From the IMG/VR virus record IMGVR_UViG_3300023283_000176: a stretch of 64,000 nt of DNA; one strand, written 5' to 3'. The notes below the pieces were generated by a model. That model had not been told where the DNA came from, ran no database searches, and worked only from the letters and a program-made list of their open reading frames with translations. The position numbers and the translations under genes were made by a program. The DNA is from an uncultured virus (IMG/VR IMGVR_UViG_3300023283_000176) (lineage: Duplodnaviria; Heunggongvirae; Uroviricota; Caudoviricetes). Below, piece by piece: positions 49,053 to 57,794 of the stretch; position 1 is the first letter of the stretch, and every line of letters starts with the position of its first letter.

Positions 49053-49882
49053 TACTCAACAATTCTTAAAAGTTGACCTGGTTCAATTTGGTTGGGATCT
49101 TGTATGCCATTGATTCTTATTAGTTGTTCAACAGTTAAGCCAGCCCTCTCTGCAATGCCACTTAATGTGTCGCCTGATTGTACAGTGATTTGTCCATTCA
49201 CCAAACCACTTAAAGACCGTCTTTGTGGAGTGCGGATTGCGGCTTGGTCATTTTGAGGTGTGAAAACATCACGAGTTTCCTCATTGTTGAGAACCAAATC
49301 AGGTACATTATCTTCTGCTTCTAATGGGGTGGATGTGGGTTGATTATTTGAACCAAAAGAATTCAAAATGTTCTTTGTACCCGCACCTGCTTCGGGACCT
49401 GCTACTGCTGAAATCCCTGCTCCGAGCACAGATGTGGCTAAATTGAATCCAATCTGTTTACGGGCCAACTTCGCATCCTCACGAGCTTTTTCACGAGCTA
49501 TCTTATTCTCTGCACGTCTTTCGTCTTGCCGTGCGAACTCTTGATTGAAACGATCCTGTGCAGTTTCACGTAATTGGATGTCTTGTTCAGTAATTAATTG
49601 TTCACCATCTACCAATCCTTGTTGTTGATTGCGGGAAAGTTGTTGATTGCCAGCTATTGCTGTAGCACTATTGTTGACTTGATCAAGACTCCGACGTGAA
49701 TCGCTGACAGAACGATTGGTTGCCGTACGGAAACGGTCTCTAATTGTTTCTTGCTGAGTTTCGTCCAATCCCGACAAACGTTCTTGTAGAGATGTTAGCA
49801 AATTAGAATCAAGTGGTAACTGTGGTGCGTTTCTTTCTGCTTCTGCGGGGTCTGGTAAAAGACCAAATAGATTAAATGGCAT
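49052..49882 (-). CDS. Putative ejection protein with a C-terminal LysM domain
   Basis: ITVQSGDTLSGIAERAGLTVEQLIRINGIQDPNQIEPGQLLRI. Confidence 0.8.
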   Translation of the reverse strand: MPFNLFGLLPDPAEAERNAPQLPLDSNLLTSLQERLSGLDETQQETIRDRFRTATNRSVSDSRRSLDQVNNSATAIAGNQQLSRNQQQGLVDGEQLITEQDIQLRETAQDRFNQEFARQDERRAENKIAREKAREDAKLARKQIGFNLATSVLGAGISAVAGPEAGAGTKNILNSFGSNNQPTSTPLEAEDNVPDLVLNNEETRDVFTPQNDQAAIRTPQRRSLSGLVNGQITVQSGDTLSGIAERAGLTVEQLIRINGIQDPNQIEPGQLLRIVE

Positions 49883-49891
49883 AACGTTCTC

Positions 49892-50434
49892 TTAAATGAT
49901 TGAAATTCGTTTGTCTACCCATCCTCGGATAAACTTCTGTAAATTAATATTTTGGTTAGAAATGTTGATATAATAAGCCCCTTGTTGGCAATTCAAAAGA
50001 GTATAAATAATCTGACTATCAGACTGTATTTTTTCAAAAGCTTCCAATGTTACAGGACCAATAAGGCCATCAACAATTAATTTCTCAAAAATGGGGTCTT
50101 TTAAATATGCCCTACGCATTGTGTTCAGTATTGTCTGAAAAAAAATGCCAGCCCTCATTACTCCGGCATTGACGCCAATATCAAAGAGTTTATGTGCTAC
50201 ATCGAAAGACGTCTCACTAATTGTATCCAATTTGAGTTTGTCCCAAAATAGTTCTTTATATATGACTCTGGCCGTGTTTTTGGGTAGATTCGTCATATTA
50301 CCCTTATAACCAAATTGTCTGGCCGTCTTTTCTGTGATCCCGTAACGTGTTTTTTTACCGGGGTCTAACGGGTCGTCTACATATCCCTTTTCAATAAGGA
50401 TGATGTCCTCAAAAGCTGAATTAAAATTATTCAT
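49892..50434 (-). CDS. Glycoside hydrolase family 108 endolysin with a PG-binding domain
   Basis: EKGYVDDPLDPGKKTRYGIT; VDGLIGPVTL; FIRGWVDKR. Confidence 0.9.
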   Translation of the reverse strand: MNNFNSAFEDIILIEKGYVDDPLDPGKKTRYGITEKTARQFGYKGNMTNLPKNTARVIYKELFWDKLKLDTISETSFDVAHKLFDIGVNAGVMRAGIFFQTILNTMRRAYLKDPIFEKLIVDGLIGPVTLEAFEKIQSDSQIIYTLLNCQQGAYYINISNQNINLQKFIRGWVDKRISII

Positions 50435-50717
50435 CCGACACAGTATCGTCTTTTGTTTTAGGTTCTTCTGGTTTAGTTTCTGGCGGATTGTTAGCTTCTT
50501 CTTGCTGTTTCATTTGTTGTATCTTGGAATTGCGAATGATTTGGTTATAATTAAATAAATCATTACGAACAGTCGCAATTGCCTGACGTAATTCGTCCGC
50601 TTGATCAAGATCTTCATAATCAAAACTGATACTTCTTTTGATGATTTTTTCTATTTTGTTAAGCGTTCCAATGCCATTAACTACAACTTGAGGTACTTCT
50701 TTATCAATATTTTTCAT
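50427..50717 (-). CDS. Hypothetical protein
   Basis: Preceded on the minus strand by the upstream motif. Confidence 0.65.
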   Translation of the reverse strand: MKNIDKEVPQVVVNGIGTLNKIEKIIKRSISFDYEDLDQADELRQAIATVRNDLFNYNQIIRNSKIQQMKQQEEANNPPETKPEEPKTKDDTVSDE

Positions 50718-50759
50718 TGTTAAAATTGTTTAGGGTTTAGAGGTTGCTATAAAGATAGT

Positions 50760-50790
50760 AAGGATTCCTCAGAAAACCTGAGAAATCCTT
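50760..50790. promoter_or_regulatory. Inverted repeat (terminator or operator)
   Basis: AAGGATTCCTCAG-aaaac-CTGAGAAATCCTT. Confidence 0.55.
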
Positions 50791-50808
50791 GACAACAGAA
50801 TAAAAAGT

Positions 50809-51084
50809 TTATATCTGCTCTATCTTATTTTTCAGTTCTAACAAACTATTGTCATAATTTTCCAATGCTTTGGTGGTCTGTTCTTGAATTTTTGCTTTCT
50901 GAAACGTTTCCATCTCAGTAATCAGATCATTGATCTTTGCATCAAACTCGGGGTCGTCTTTCAGAATGGTGTGATTGACATGTCCATCCACGGTCTGACC
51001 CTTAATATTAACTGCATTGTCTGTACTTGTGGCCTGAATGTAGAAATTCTGTCCTACATTGGCATTGACTGTGTGATTAATCAT
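50809..51084 (-). CDS. Small tail-associated protein, duplicated at the window start
   Basis: Downstream of the tail fibre; 104-bp identity with nt 1-104. Confidence 0.75.
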   Translation of the reverse strand: MINHTVNANVGQNFYIQATSTDNAVNIKGQTVDGHVNHTILKDDPEFDAKINDLITEMETFQKAKIQEQTTKALENYDNSLLELKNKIEQI

Positions 51085-51239
51085 TATTCTTTAAAATTAG
51101 GGTTCGTATTTTGGTTATTTCCCCCACCACCGATATTATCTCCGTTAGAAGAATCAGTATTGTTTGATGGGTTAGTCATTACTTTGTTAACGATAAATGC
51201 AATTGCGAGTATCGCAATTATTATAATTACTGTAGTCAT
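51084..51239 (-). CDS. 51-aa membrane-anchored micro-protein
   Basis: Hand translation MTTVIIIIAILAIAFIVNKVMTNPSNN...; TAATG coupling to the next gene. Confidence 0.55.
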   Translation of the reverse strand: MTTVIIIIAILAIAFIVNKVMTNPSNNTDSSNGDNIGGGGNNQNTNPNFKE

Positions 51240-51249
51240 GTTGTCTCCG

Positions 51250-52044
51250 TTAGTTGGTTAAAGTTATAGTGTTACTCCACGTACTGTTCGTGTTTGATTT
51301 TAATTGAATGTCTATTGTATCACCTGGGTCTAAAAATTGGGGTAAAAATATGTCGCCTTCTTTAGGATTCGATGATGTGCCCCAATTAATTTGATTGGTG
51401 AAACTATTTGAGTTTGTTTGCCATGTACCACCATTAATTCTGAATCTCATAGTAAAATCAGAGGGTGTTGCATTGACATTCCATTCAAGATGGACTTCGG
51501 CACTTGACTTCAAGAACGAATCAGGAGATCCGACCAATGATGGAATGTCTGATGTGTCTTGTTCGGTAGTAAATTGTTCACCTGAATCTATGATTGGGTT
51601 ATTAACATTGAATTCGTTCTCATAAAAAACCCTAACAGCATAATCTGTGTTATCATCAGGAGCAAATCCTGAACTGGATGCCATTACTGTGTGGATTCCG
51701 TTTGTGTCTGCGGTGTTGGTTGTGGTAGTGTGTACTGTATCTCCTGAATCGGGTTGGTTTAAATTTGTTCCATCTGATTTCAATTCCCAAAACTCAAACC
51801 AAAAACTAACAGTAACGCCCCCCCAATCTTGTATGTCCACTCTAAGTCGGGCATCATTAGACGAAATGTTGTCAGGTGTTAAAATGACTGCAAAGGGACT
51901 ACCAAACCCGTCAAAATCCGTCAATCTAATGTTAGGAGCGGAACCAAAAATGCGTTCAGCCATAGGTTTCATTGATGTGGGTCTTACATTCGGATGAAAC
52001 TCTTGTTGTAAATCTACTAATGAAAATGGTATATTTACTGACAT
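51250..52044 (-). CDS. Tail-tip / adhesin-like protein with Ig/FN3-like domains
   Basis: FSLVDLQQEF...RLTDFDG N-terminus; beta-sandwich pattern; follows the fibre gene. Confidence 0.6.
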   Translation of the reverse strand: MSVNIPFSLVDLQQEFHPNVRPTSMKPMAERIFGSAPNIRLTDFDGFGSPFAVILTPDNISSNDARLRVDIQDWGGVTVSFWFEFWELKSDGTNLNQPDSGDTVHTTTTNTADTNGIHTVMASSSGFAPDDNTDYAVRVFYENEFNVNNPIIDSGEQFTTEQDTSDIPSLVGSPDSFLKSSAEVHLEWNVNATPSDFTMRFRINGGTWQTNSNSFTNQINWGTSSNPKEGDIFLPQFLDPGDTIDIQLKSNTNSTWSNTITLTN

Positions 52045-55000
52045 TATCGTAACCTCGCATGTTTCATTTTTAACGATTTAACCTCTCGATGTAATTCCTG
52101 TATGGCTTTGGTTAAGTATGGAATCAATTGTATAGATGAGATGGATAAATACCCTTCATCTTCATTACCGCGAACAATATGCGGTAAAACATCTCTTATG
52201 TCCTGTGCAATAAAACCTGACTCAAATTTACCTTCTTTTTTATAAGTGGCTGGTAGTAACATATCAATTACTGACAATCCTTCTGTAAGGTCAGTTATGT
52301 TTGTTTTAAGTCTGCGGTCAGAACTCAGCATAAAATCGCCAGCGACTATCGTAGTGTTACCTTGCTGTTTGTAAGAGCCGTCACTCACAAAATGCCACTC
52401 ATTTGCCCCGTCATCATGCCAGATGTGGTCTGTGTTAGTGCCTGAACCTGCTGATATGAGAGCGTTGTTTTGAAAATGAATATCACCTGATGAATCTACA
52501 CCTGTAAATGTGCCCTTCCTATCCGAGTCGATGACGGTTGTGCCGTTGACTGCTATATTACCAGCTACATCTAATTTCTGTGCAGGGGTTTGTGTTCCTA
52601 TGCCTAAATCTCCACCATTAATGAAATTTTTCCCAGCTCCAGTTAATCTCCAAGCTGGACTTCCATTCTCAAAATATGTTATTCCTTCTTGTGTTGCGTA
52701 TGATATATAATCACCAGATGTATTACCCATTCCATCGAAAAAAATCTTTGATGAGATTGCTAAATTCCTATCCGAGTCGATGACAGGCACACCGGCTATT
52801 TGGTAGGAATCATTTGTGGTAATCGGAACATTAAGATTGAATCGAATACGCCCAAGCTCTGCGTAATTAATTCCGCCCCGCCACAGATACAATCCTTCAC
52901 CCGCAGAAGTAGCCTCGGGATGATTCTCTCTAACCCACATCAATCCATAATGGGAGGAGGCTTTCGTAAATCCACTACCGTGGCCAGATCCAGACCAGGA
53001 GTTGCCAATCGACCAAATATTAGCCGCCCAGTTTGATGATGCATCAGTGGTCTGTCCATAGCCACCCGTGAGACCTCTGCGAACGTCAATGCCGTTTGAC
53101 CCCAGCGCATTAAGTGTAGACGAATCAATAACAAAGTTACCGCCCCCGGCATCATTGAAAAATCTCAAGTCCCCATTTGCATTAATAAAAGTAGTCCAGA
53201 TCCGCGTACCGCCGTGATTAAAGTAGAAAGCATCCCTGTTAACTGATGAATCACCGGTTAACACAAGCCTTGAGCCATTCAGATCAATTTCCGGAATTCC
53301 GCTAACTACTTTGAATTTTCCGGAAAATAAGTTTTGGTTCGAGTCGATGACGGTTGTGGAGCCAGCCTTTAACACTTTTTGAAATTGTAAATCCTGATCG
53401 ACTCTGAATCTGTCACTTACTGCTTCTGTAATTAGCGTGTCTCCTGTATATAATCTAACACCAGATGTAATATTACTTTCAAGACGTAAGAAACCTGAAG
53501 ATCTTAATGAAACAGAAGCTCCCCCAAGTTGTTCAATGAATGCTGTACCAGCACCAGTTAGAAAAGTCGCTTCTCTACCTGTAAAATTCCTATCCGAGTC
53601 GATGACGGTTGTGCCGTTGACATTGAATCCACTATTCGCCCTTACAACTCCTCTGAATTCCCAATCATTATTAGTATGAAGATTCCTTGCAGTCCAATGA
53701 TCTACTCCGTCTGATCGTCTCCATAATGTAATGTAGTCATTACCTCCACCAGTGGTGACAGGGGAGCCATCGCCATTATACTCTATACCCCCACCGTTGC
53801 TTGTAGATTGTCCCACATACACACGTCCAGTACCTTGAGAATTGCCCAGAAGTTCAATTACTGATGCTCCGGTATCATCACTAAGTACCCTTACAACAGT
53901 GTCAATGCCATTGTCGAATGTCTGGGTTCCGGAAAACGTATTACTTTGGTTTTTAAGTGGTACGTTGAAGCTTAACTGATTGTCTGTTATAGGATCACCC
54001 ACGTTGATTTTAGTGGCAGGGTCAAAATTACCTGCGTGCCATACGGGGTCAGTGCCTATGTTTACGCCTGCGAATTCCACAATGTCAGATGGACTTATAG
54101 ATTGGGGTAGGGAAAGAGTGATGTCATCATTAAGTACCGCACCATTAGATGTAGTAACGCTTACTTGGTTAGCTGTGCCTAAAAGTGAACCACTTTGTAC
54201 TACCAATGAGTCACTATTCGACACCGTAACATCAGAAGTTGCCCAATTACTTGAAACAAAACCTTTTTTATTGATAGCTTTAATTCTATATTCAAATACA
54301 CTGGACGGGTTGTTTATTGTAATACTGTTTAAAATTCTAATAAACTGTGTGCCTTTAACTCTTGCAATAGGTTCATAACCTTGTGAATCTTTGTTTTCTT
54401 CGATAATATATTCAGAAATGGGTTGTGTCATAGGTGGGTCCCATTTCAATTCCACAATTAAATTTCCGCCTTTTGATTCGTTTGATGCCGTGAAATTTGG
54501 AACATCCGGGGCAGGGATGATTTCAGTTGTTTTTGATAAACCTTGTAATCGACCAACTCCATAAGCAAAGCGTTGATTTGGGGTGGCAGTAATTGTTATC
54601 CCCCTGTTGCTTATGGTGGTTTTAGTTTTATATTCATTGACTTTAATATTGGTTACATCAATTCCTTGAAAAAATGCTCCCGAGAAAAAAGAAAGACGTG
54701 CAAAAGAATAACCTGTAGTGTGGCCCATCACTGCCCAACTGGATGGTTGAGTTTCAGACTCTAAATCAATCTCGGAAACCACATCCCAATTGGTCCCGTC
54801 AGTAGACATTTCCAATCTGGCTTTTATGTCTGTAACCGGTTGACCAATTGTAGATGTTGTTTCAATATCAAAAGTGATTTCAATAGCCACATCACTGTTC
54901 TCAATATTAACAGAATTGCTGTTTGTAATGTGGTTCCCAATCGCAAAAGGTGGTGGGGTGTGTGTTAACGAAGTGATTGACTTTTCAACAATTAAAGAAG

Positions 55001-57074
55001 TTGGAGATGTCGGATCAGAAGCATTGTGTTGGAACAATAATGCTTGTGTCACACCATCATCTTCATATAATTTAATACTTGGATCAGACGCATTAAACTC
55101 CATACCACCTTGAGGGGAAATGCTTTCAAATCTGTCCCCAAAAATCTGATAAGAACCAAGTGTTGCATTCAACGCAAACAAATCGTTCACCGTTATCTTA
55201 TCAGCAGTAATTGAGCCATCAATGACTTGACCTGTTCCAACAACGTTCGTACCAAGTCCATCAGCTCCAAGTACCAAGTTACCATCCTGATCAAAGACCT
55301 CAAGCCCCCAATCAGTCGTAGCCGTACCAAGTTTACCTATATTGATTCGACGCTGTGGTGTGGTCTGTGTGTCGTCGATTTGAATAAGTGACCCGTCTGC
55401 ATCAATCACCATATTGCCTGCCCCATTTTGTATTCTGCCAGCGGTCAGAACACCCATCGAAGCACTTAACGCTGAAAGTTGGGCAACGTTGATTAAATTG
55501 GCAGTGATTTCATTAGCTCCAATCTCGTTAGCTGTTATTACTCCCGCACCTATTTCATTCGCGGTAATCGTGTCAGATGCTATTTCAAGAGCAGTGATGG
55601 TCCCTACCCCAATTTCATTGGCTGTAATCGTGTCGCTGGCGATCTCATTCGCAGTAATCGTATCGGAAGCAATGTAATTAGCCGTTATTTTGTCGGCCCA
55701 TATTAGTTCTGAGGTAATAGATGAAGTGAAAGCTGTGTTGGCTATAAGGGTCTCGGTCCATACTGTTGAACTCACAAGTGAATCTATGAACGCGGTGTTG
55801 CCAACAATTTGATTAACGTCCAATTCATTTGTTGTAATACTGTCAACAGCAATTTCATTTGCAGTGATTGTGTCAGACTCTATTTCATTTGCAGTGATTT
55901 GATCCGCACCAATATTATTAGTTGTAATTGTGTCAGTAGCAATTTCATTGGAGGTAATAGTTCCTGCAAAAATTTCATTCGCCGTGATTGTGTCAGTAGC
56001 AATTTCATTGGAGGTAATAGTTCCTGCAAAAATTTCATTCGCAGTAATCGTATCAGATGCTATTTCAAAAGCTGTTATTTGGTCCGCACCGATATTGTTT
56101 GCGAGTATTGTTCGAGAAGCAATTTCATTTGCTGTTATCTCACCTGCTCCAATTTTGGTGGCTATAATAGCACCAGTAGCTATTTTTGGTGTGGTTATGG
56201 ATGCGTCATTAATTTGGGTCTCAGTTATCTGACCTGTAATGTTCGTCGCTGAAACATTGGAAGTCCATTCTGACCCCGTGTCCCGATACACTGTATTGTC
56301 AGTTGTTAAAAATACAATTCTGCCTACATTACCAGGTGAGGGTAGTGTGTCCACTCTTTCAATCGGTGCGAGTCCATCTGCGAATTTACTAATATCAATA
56401 ACTCCTTCACCATCCGTCAGTTTAGTGTCAATGTCTGCCTGTAATGCAGGTAATTCGACATCATTTAAATCAGCTAAATCTGATTCAAGTGCGGGGATGT
56501 CTGTCGTCTCAAGTGTGTCTAAACGAGAATCTAAATCAGGTAATTGAACCAAATTCAGGTCATCAATGTCTGCCTGTAATGCAGGTAGTTCGACGTCGTT
56601 AAGATTACTCAGATCATTTTCTAAAGCAGGTATTTTGATCGTGTTTAATTCATCAACGTTGGTTTCCAGTGCAGGAACTTTAGTGGTTTCAAGTGTGTCT
56701 AAACGAGAATCTAAATCAGGTAATTGAACCAAATTCAGGTCATCAATGTCTGCTTGTAATGCAGGCAACTGATTATTGTTCAAATCGTCCAAATCAGCTT
56801 CAAGGGCAGGTATTTTTACGTTATTTAACTCGTCTAAATCAGCCTGTAATGCAGGCAACTTTGTGTTATTAAGTTCGTCAATCGCATCTTGTGCATTGGA
56901 TAAGTCAAGTGATAATGAATCAATGTCAAGTTCAGAGCCTATTTGAATTGCGAGATCCGCAAGTTTTTGTACTTGTACCTCACCCATAGGTGTCCATGTA
57001 AAGAACCTATTTGTGTCAGAAACAGAACTAATTATTTGTTCATCAAGTAAATCAAAGGACTCTAAAACAGCCAT
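52044..57074 (-). CDS. Tail fibre with a C-terminal peptidase S74 chaperone
   Basis: 15-aa coiled-coil repeats, ITANEI repeats, FN3-like domain, SSDRRLKTNI...GFIAQD...LIPYLTKAIQEL. Confidence 0.9.
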   Translation of the reverse strand: MAVLESFDLLDEQIISSVSDTNRFFTWTPMGEVQVQKLADLAIQIGSELDIDSLSLDLSNAQDAIDELNNTKLPALQADLDELNNVKIPALEADLDDLNNNQLPALQADIDDLNLVQLPDLDSRLDTLETTKVPALETNVDELNTIKIPALENDLSNLNDVELPALQADIDDLNLVQLPDLDSRLDTLETTDIPALESDLADLNDVELPALQADIDTKLTDGEGVIDISKFADGLAPIERVDTLPSPGNVGRIVFLTTDNTVYRDTGSEWTSNVSATNITGQITETQINDASITTPKIATGAIIATKIGAGEITANEIASRTILANNIGADQITAFEIASDTITANEIFAGTITSNEIATDTITANEIFAGTITSNEIATDTITTNNIGADQITANEIESDTITANEIAVDSITTNELDVNQIVGNTAFIDSLVSSTVWTETLIANTAFTSSITSELIWADKITANYIASDTITANEIASDTITANEIGVGTITALEIASDTITANEIGAGVITANEIGANEITANLINVAQLSALSASMGVLTAGRIQNGAGNMVIDADGSLIQIDDTQTTPQRRINIGKLGTATTDWGLEVFDQDGNLVLGADGLGTNVVGTGQVIDGSITADKITVNDLFALNATLGSYQIFGDRFESISPQGGMEFNASDPSIKLYEDDGVTQALLFQHNASDPTSPTSLIVEKSITSLTHTPPPFAIGNHITNSNSVNIENSDVAIEITFDIETTSTIGQPVTDIKARLEMSTDGTNWDVVSEIDLESETQPSSWAVMGHTTGYSFARLSFFSGAFFQGIDVTNIKVNEYKTKTTISNRGITITATPNQRFAYGVGRLQGLSKTTEIIPAPDVPNFTASNESKGGNLIVELKWDPPMTQPISEYIIEENKDSQGYEPIARVKGTQFIRILNSITINNPSSVFEYRIKAINKKGFVSSNWATSDVTVSNSDSLVVQSGSLLGTANQVSVTTSNGAVLNDDITLSLPQSISPSDIVEFAGVNIGTDPVWHAGNFDPATKINVGDPITDNQLSFNVPLKNQSNTFSGTQTFDNGIDTVVRVLSDDTGASVIELLGNSQGTGRVYVGQSTSNGGGIEYNGDGSPVTTGGGNDYITLWRRSDGVDHWTARNLHTNNDWEFRGVVRANSGFNVNGTTVIDSDRNFTGREATFLTGAGTAFIEQLGGASVSLRSSGFLRLESNITSGVRLYTGDTLITEAVSDRFRVDQDLQFQKVLKAGSTTVIDSNQNLFSGKFKVVSGIPEIDLNGSRLVLTGDSSVNRDAFYFNHGGTRIWTTFINANGDLRFFNDAGGGNFVIDSSTLNALGSNGIDVRRGLTGGYGQTTDASSNWAANIWSIGNSWSGSGHGSGFTKASSHYGLMWVRENHPEATSAGEGLYLWRGGINYAELGRIRFNLNVPITTNDSYQIAGVPVIDSDRNLAISSKIFFDGMGNTSGDYISYATQEGITYFENGSPAWRLTGAGKNFINGGDLGIGTQTPAQKLDVAGNIAVNGTTVIDSDRKGTFTGVDSSGDIHFQNNALISAGSGTNTDHIWHDDGANEWHFVSDGSYKQQGNTTIVAGDFMLSSDRRLKTNITDLTEGLSVIDMLLPATYKKEGKFESGFIAQDIRDVLPHIVRGNEDEGYLSISSIQLIPYLTKAIQELHREVKSLKMKHARLR
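52516..53621. repeat. Four direct repeats in the tail-fibre tip (core CGAGTCGATGAC)
   Basis: 35-bp identity at 52516-52550 and 53587-53621; partial copies at 52765-52784 and 53340-53358. Confidence 0.9.
55925..56042. repeat. 60-bp tandem duplication in the fibre shaft
   Basis: ATTGTGTCAGTAGCAATTTCATTGGAGGTAATAGTTCCTGCAAAAATTTCATTCGC x2. Confidence 0.9.
56509..56765. repeat. ~77-bp direct repeat at a 180-bp period in the fibre N-terminal coiled coil
   Basis: 56509-56585 vs 56689-56765, one mismatch. Confidence 0.9.
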
Positions 57075-57482
57075 TTATTTTAGTTTAAAAAACTTATCAT
57101 TTATAGAAAGGAACCCTCTTGAACCAAGTTTGACAAAATAGATTTTTGGGATTACTCCAAAATAATTTTCAATCCCCTCTAAAAAATCCTCAGTCACTTT
57201 AGTTAACTCGTATGTCATATAAGGGATTTCGGGAGACTCAATGATTGATTCAAGTACTGACTCTACAGAAACCAATTCAATGTTTTCAGTATTGACAACA
57301 CCAATTGCTTCAATGTTGTCAGGAGTAACAATAATAAATTCTGTTTTATCAGAAGGGATTAAAGACTCAAGAATGGATGACATATTAGCCGTGACCGCAT
57401 TCTCGTTCATAATAGGAGTTGGTGTTATAGATTGAAGTTCAGTCTGAAAATTATTTAATGTGTTTAATTCTGAGGATTTCAT
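57075..57482 (-). CDS. Virion-operon hypothetical protein
   Basis: Operon position. Confidence 0.65.
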   Translation of the reverse strand: MKSSELNTLNNFQTELQSITPTPIMNENAVTANMSSILESLIPSDKTEFIIVTPDNIEAIGVVNTENIELVSVESVLESIIESPEIPYMTYELTKVTEDFLEGIENYFGVIPKIYFVKLGSRGFLSINDKFFKLK

Positions 57483-57775
57483 AATTCAAATGGGTCATCC
57501 CCAAAGTGCAGTAAAAAATCTCTTGAAACGACAAGTTCGTCAGTGTAAATTTTGATGGAATATTCTCCTGTAGGCATGTCCACAGGTGATTCAATGACCA
57601 TTACTGTTTCTTGATTAGGTGGATTTCCCACAGATGTGACACCAGTTGCATCTAAACTATATTCTGTTCCATCATCTGCGAATGCGGAAGCGTGTAGTGT
57701 CTGTCCATCAAGATCAAGTTCTGACGTAAATTTGATCGGACGTTTTGTGTCGCCCTTGAATAATTCAACTGCCAT
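57479..57775 (-). CDS. Virion-operon hypothetical protein (fibre-docking-like beta sandwich)
   Basis: FKGDTKRPIKF; preceded by the upstream motif. Confidence 0.6.
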   Translation of the reverse strand: MAVELFKGDTKRPIKFTSELDLDGQTLHASAFADDGTEYSLDATGVTSVGNPPNQETVMVIESPVDMPTGEYSIKIYTDELVVSRDFLLHFGDDPFEL

Positions 57776-57794
57776 GTTGGGTTGGGTTTAGAGG

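Noticed and set aside
50563..50578. TTACGA-ACAG-TCGCAA as another palindrome copy
   Set aside because: Mismatch plus a 4-bp spacer; could be chance
55400..56880. Tail-fibre shaft repeats as recombination sites
   Set aside because: Explained by 10-aa and 15-aa structural protein repeats with recent tandem duplication
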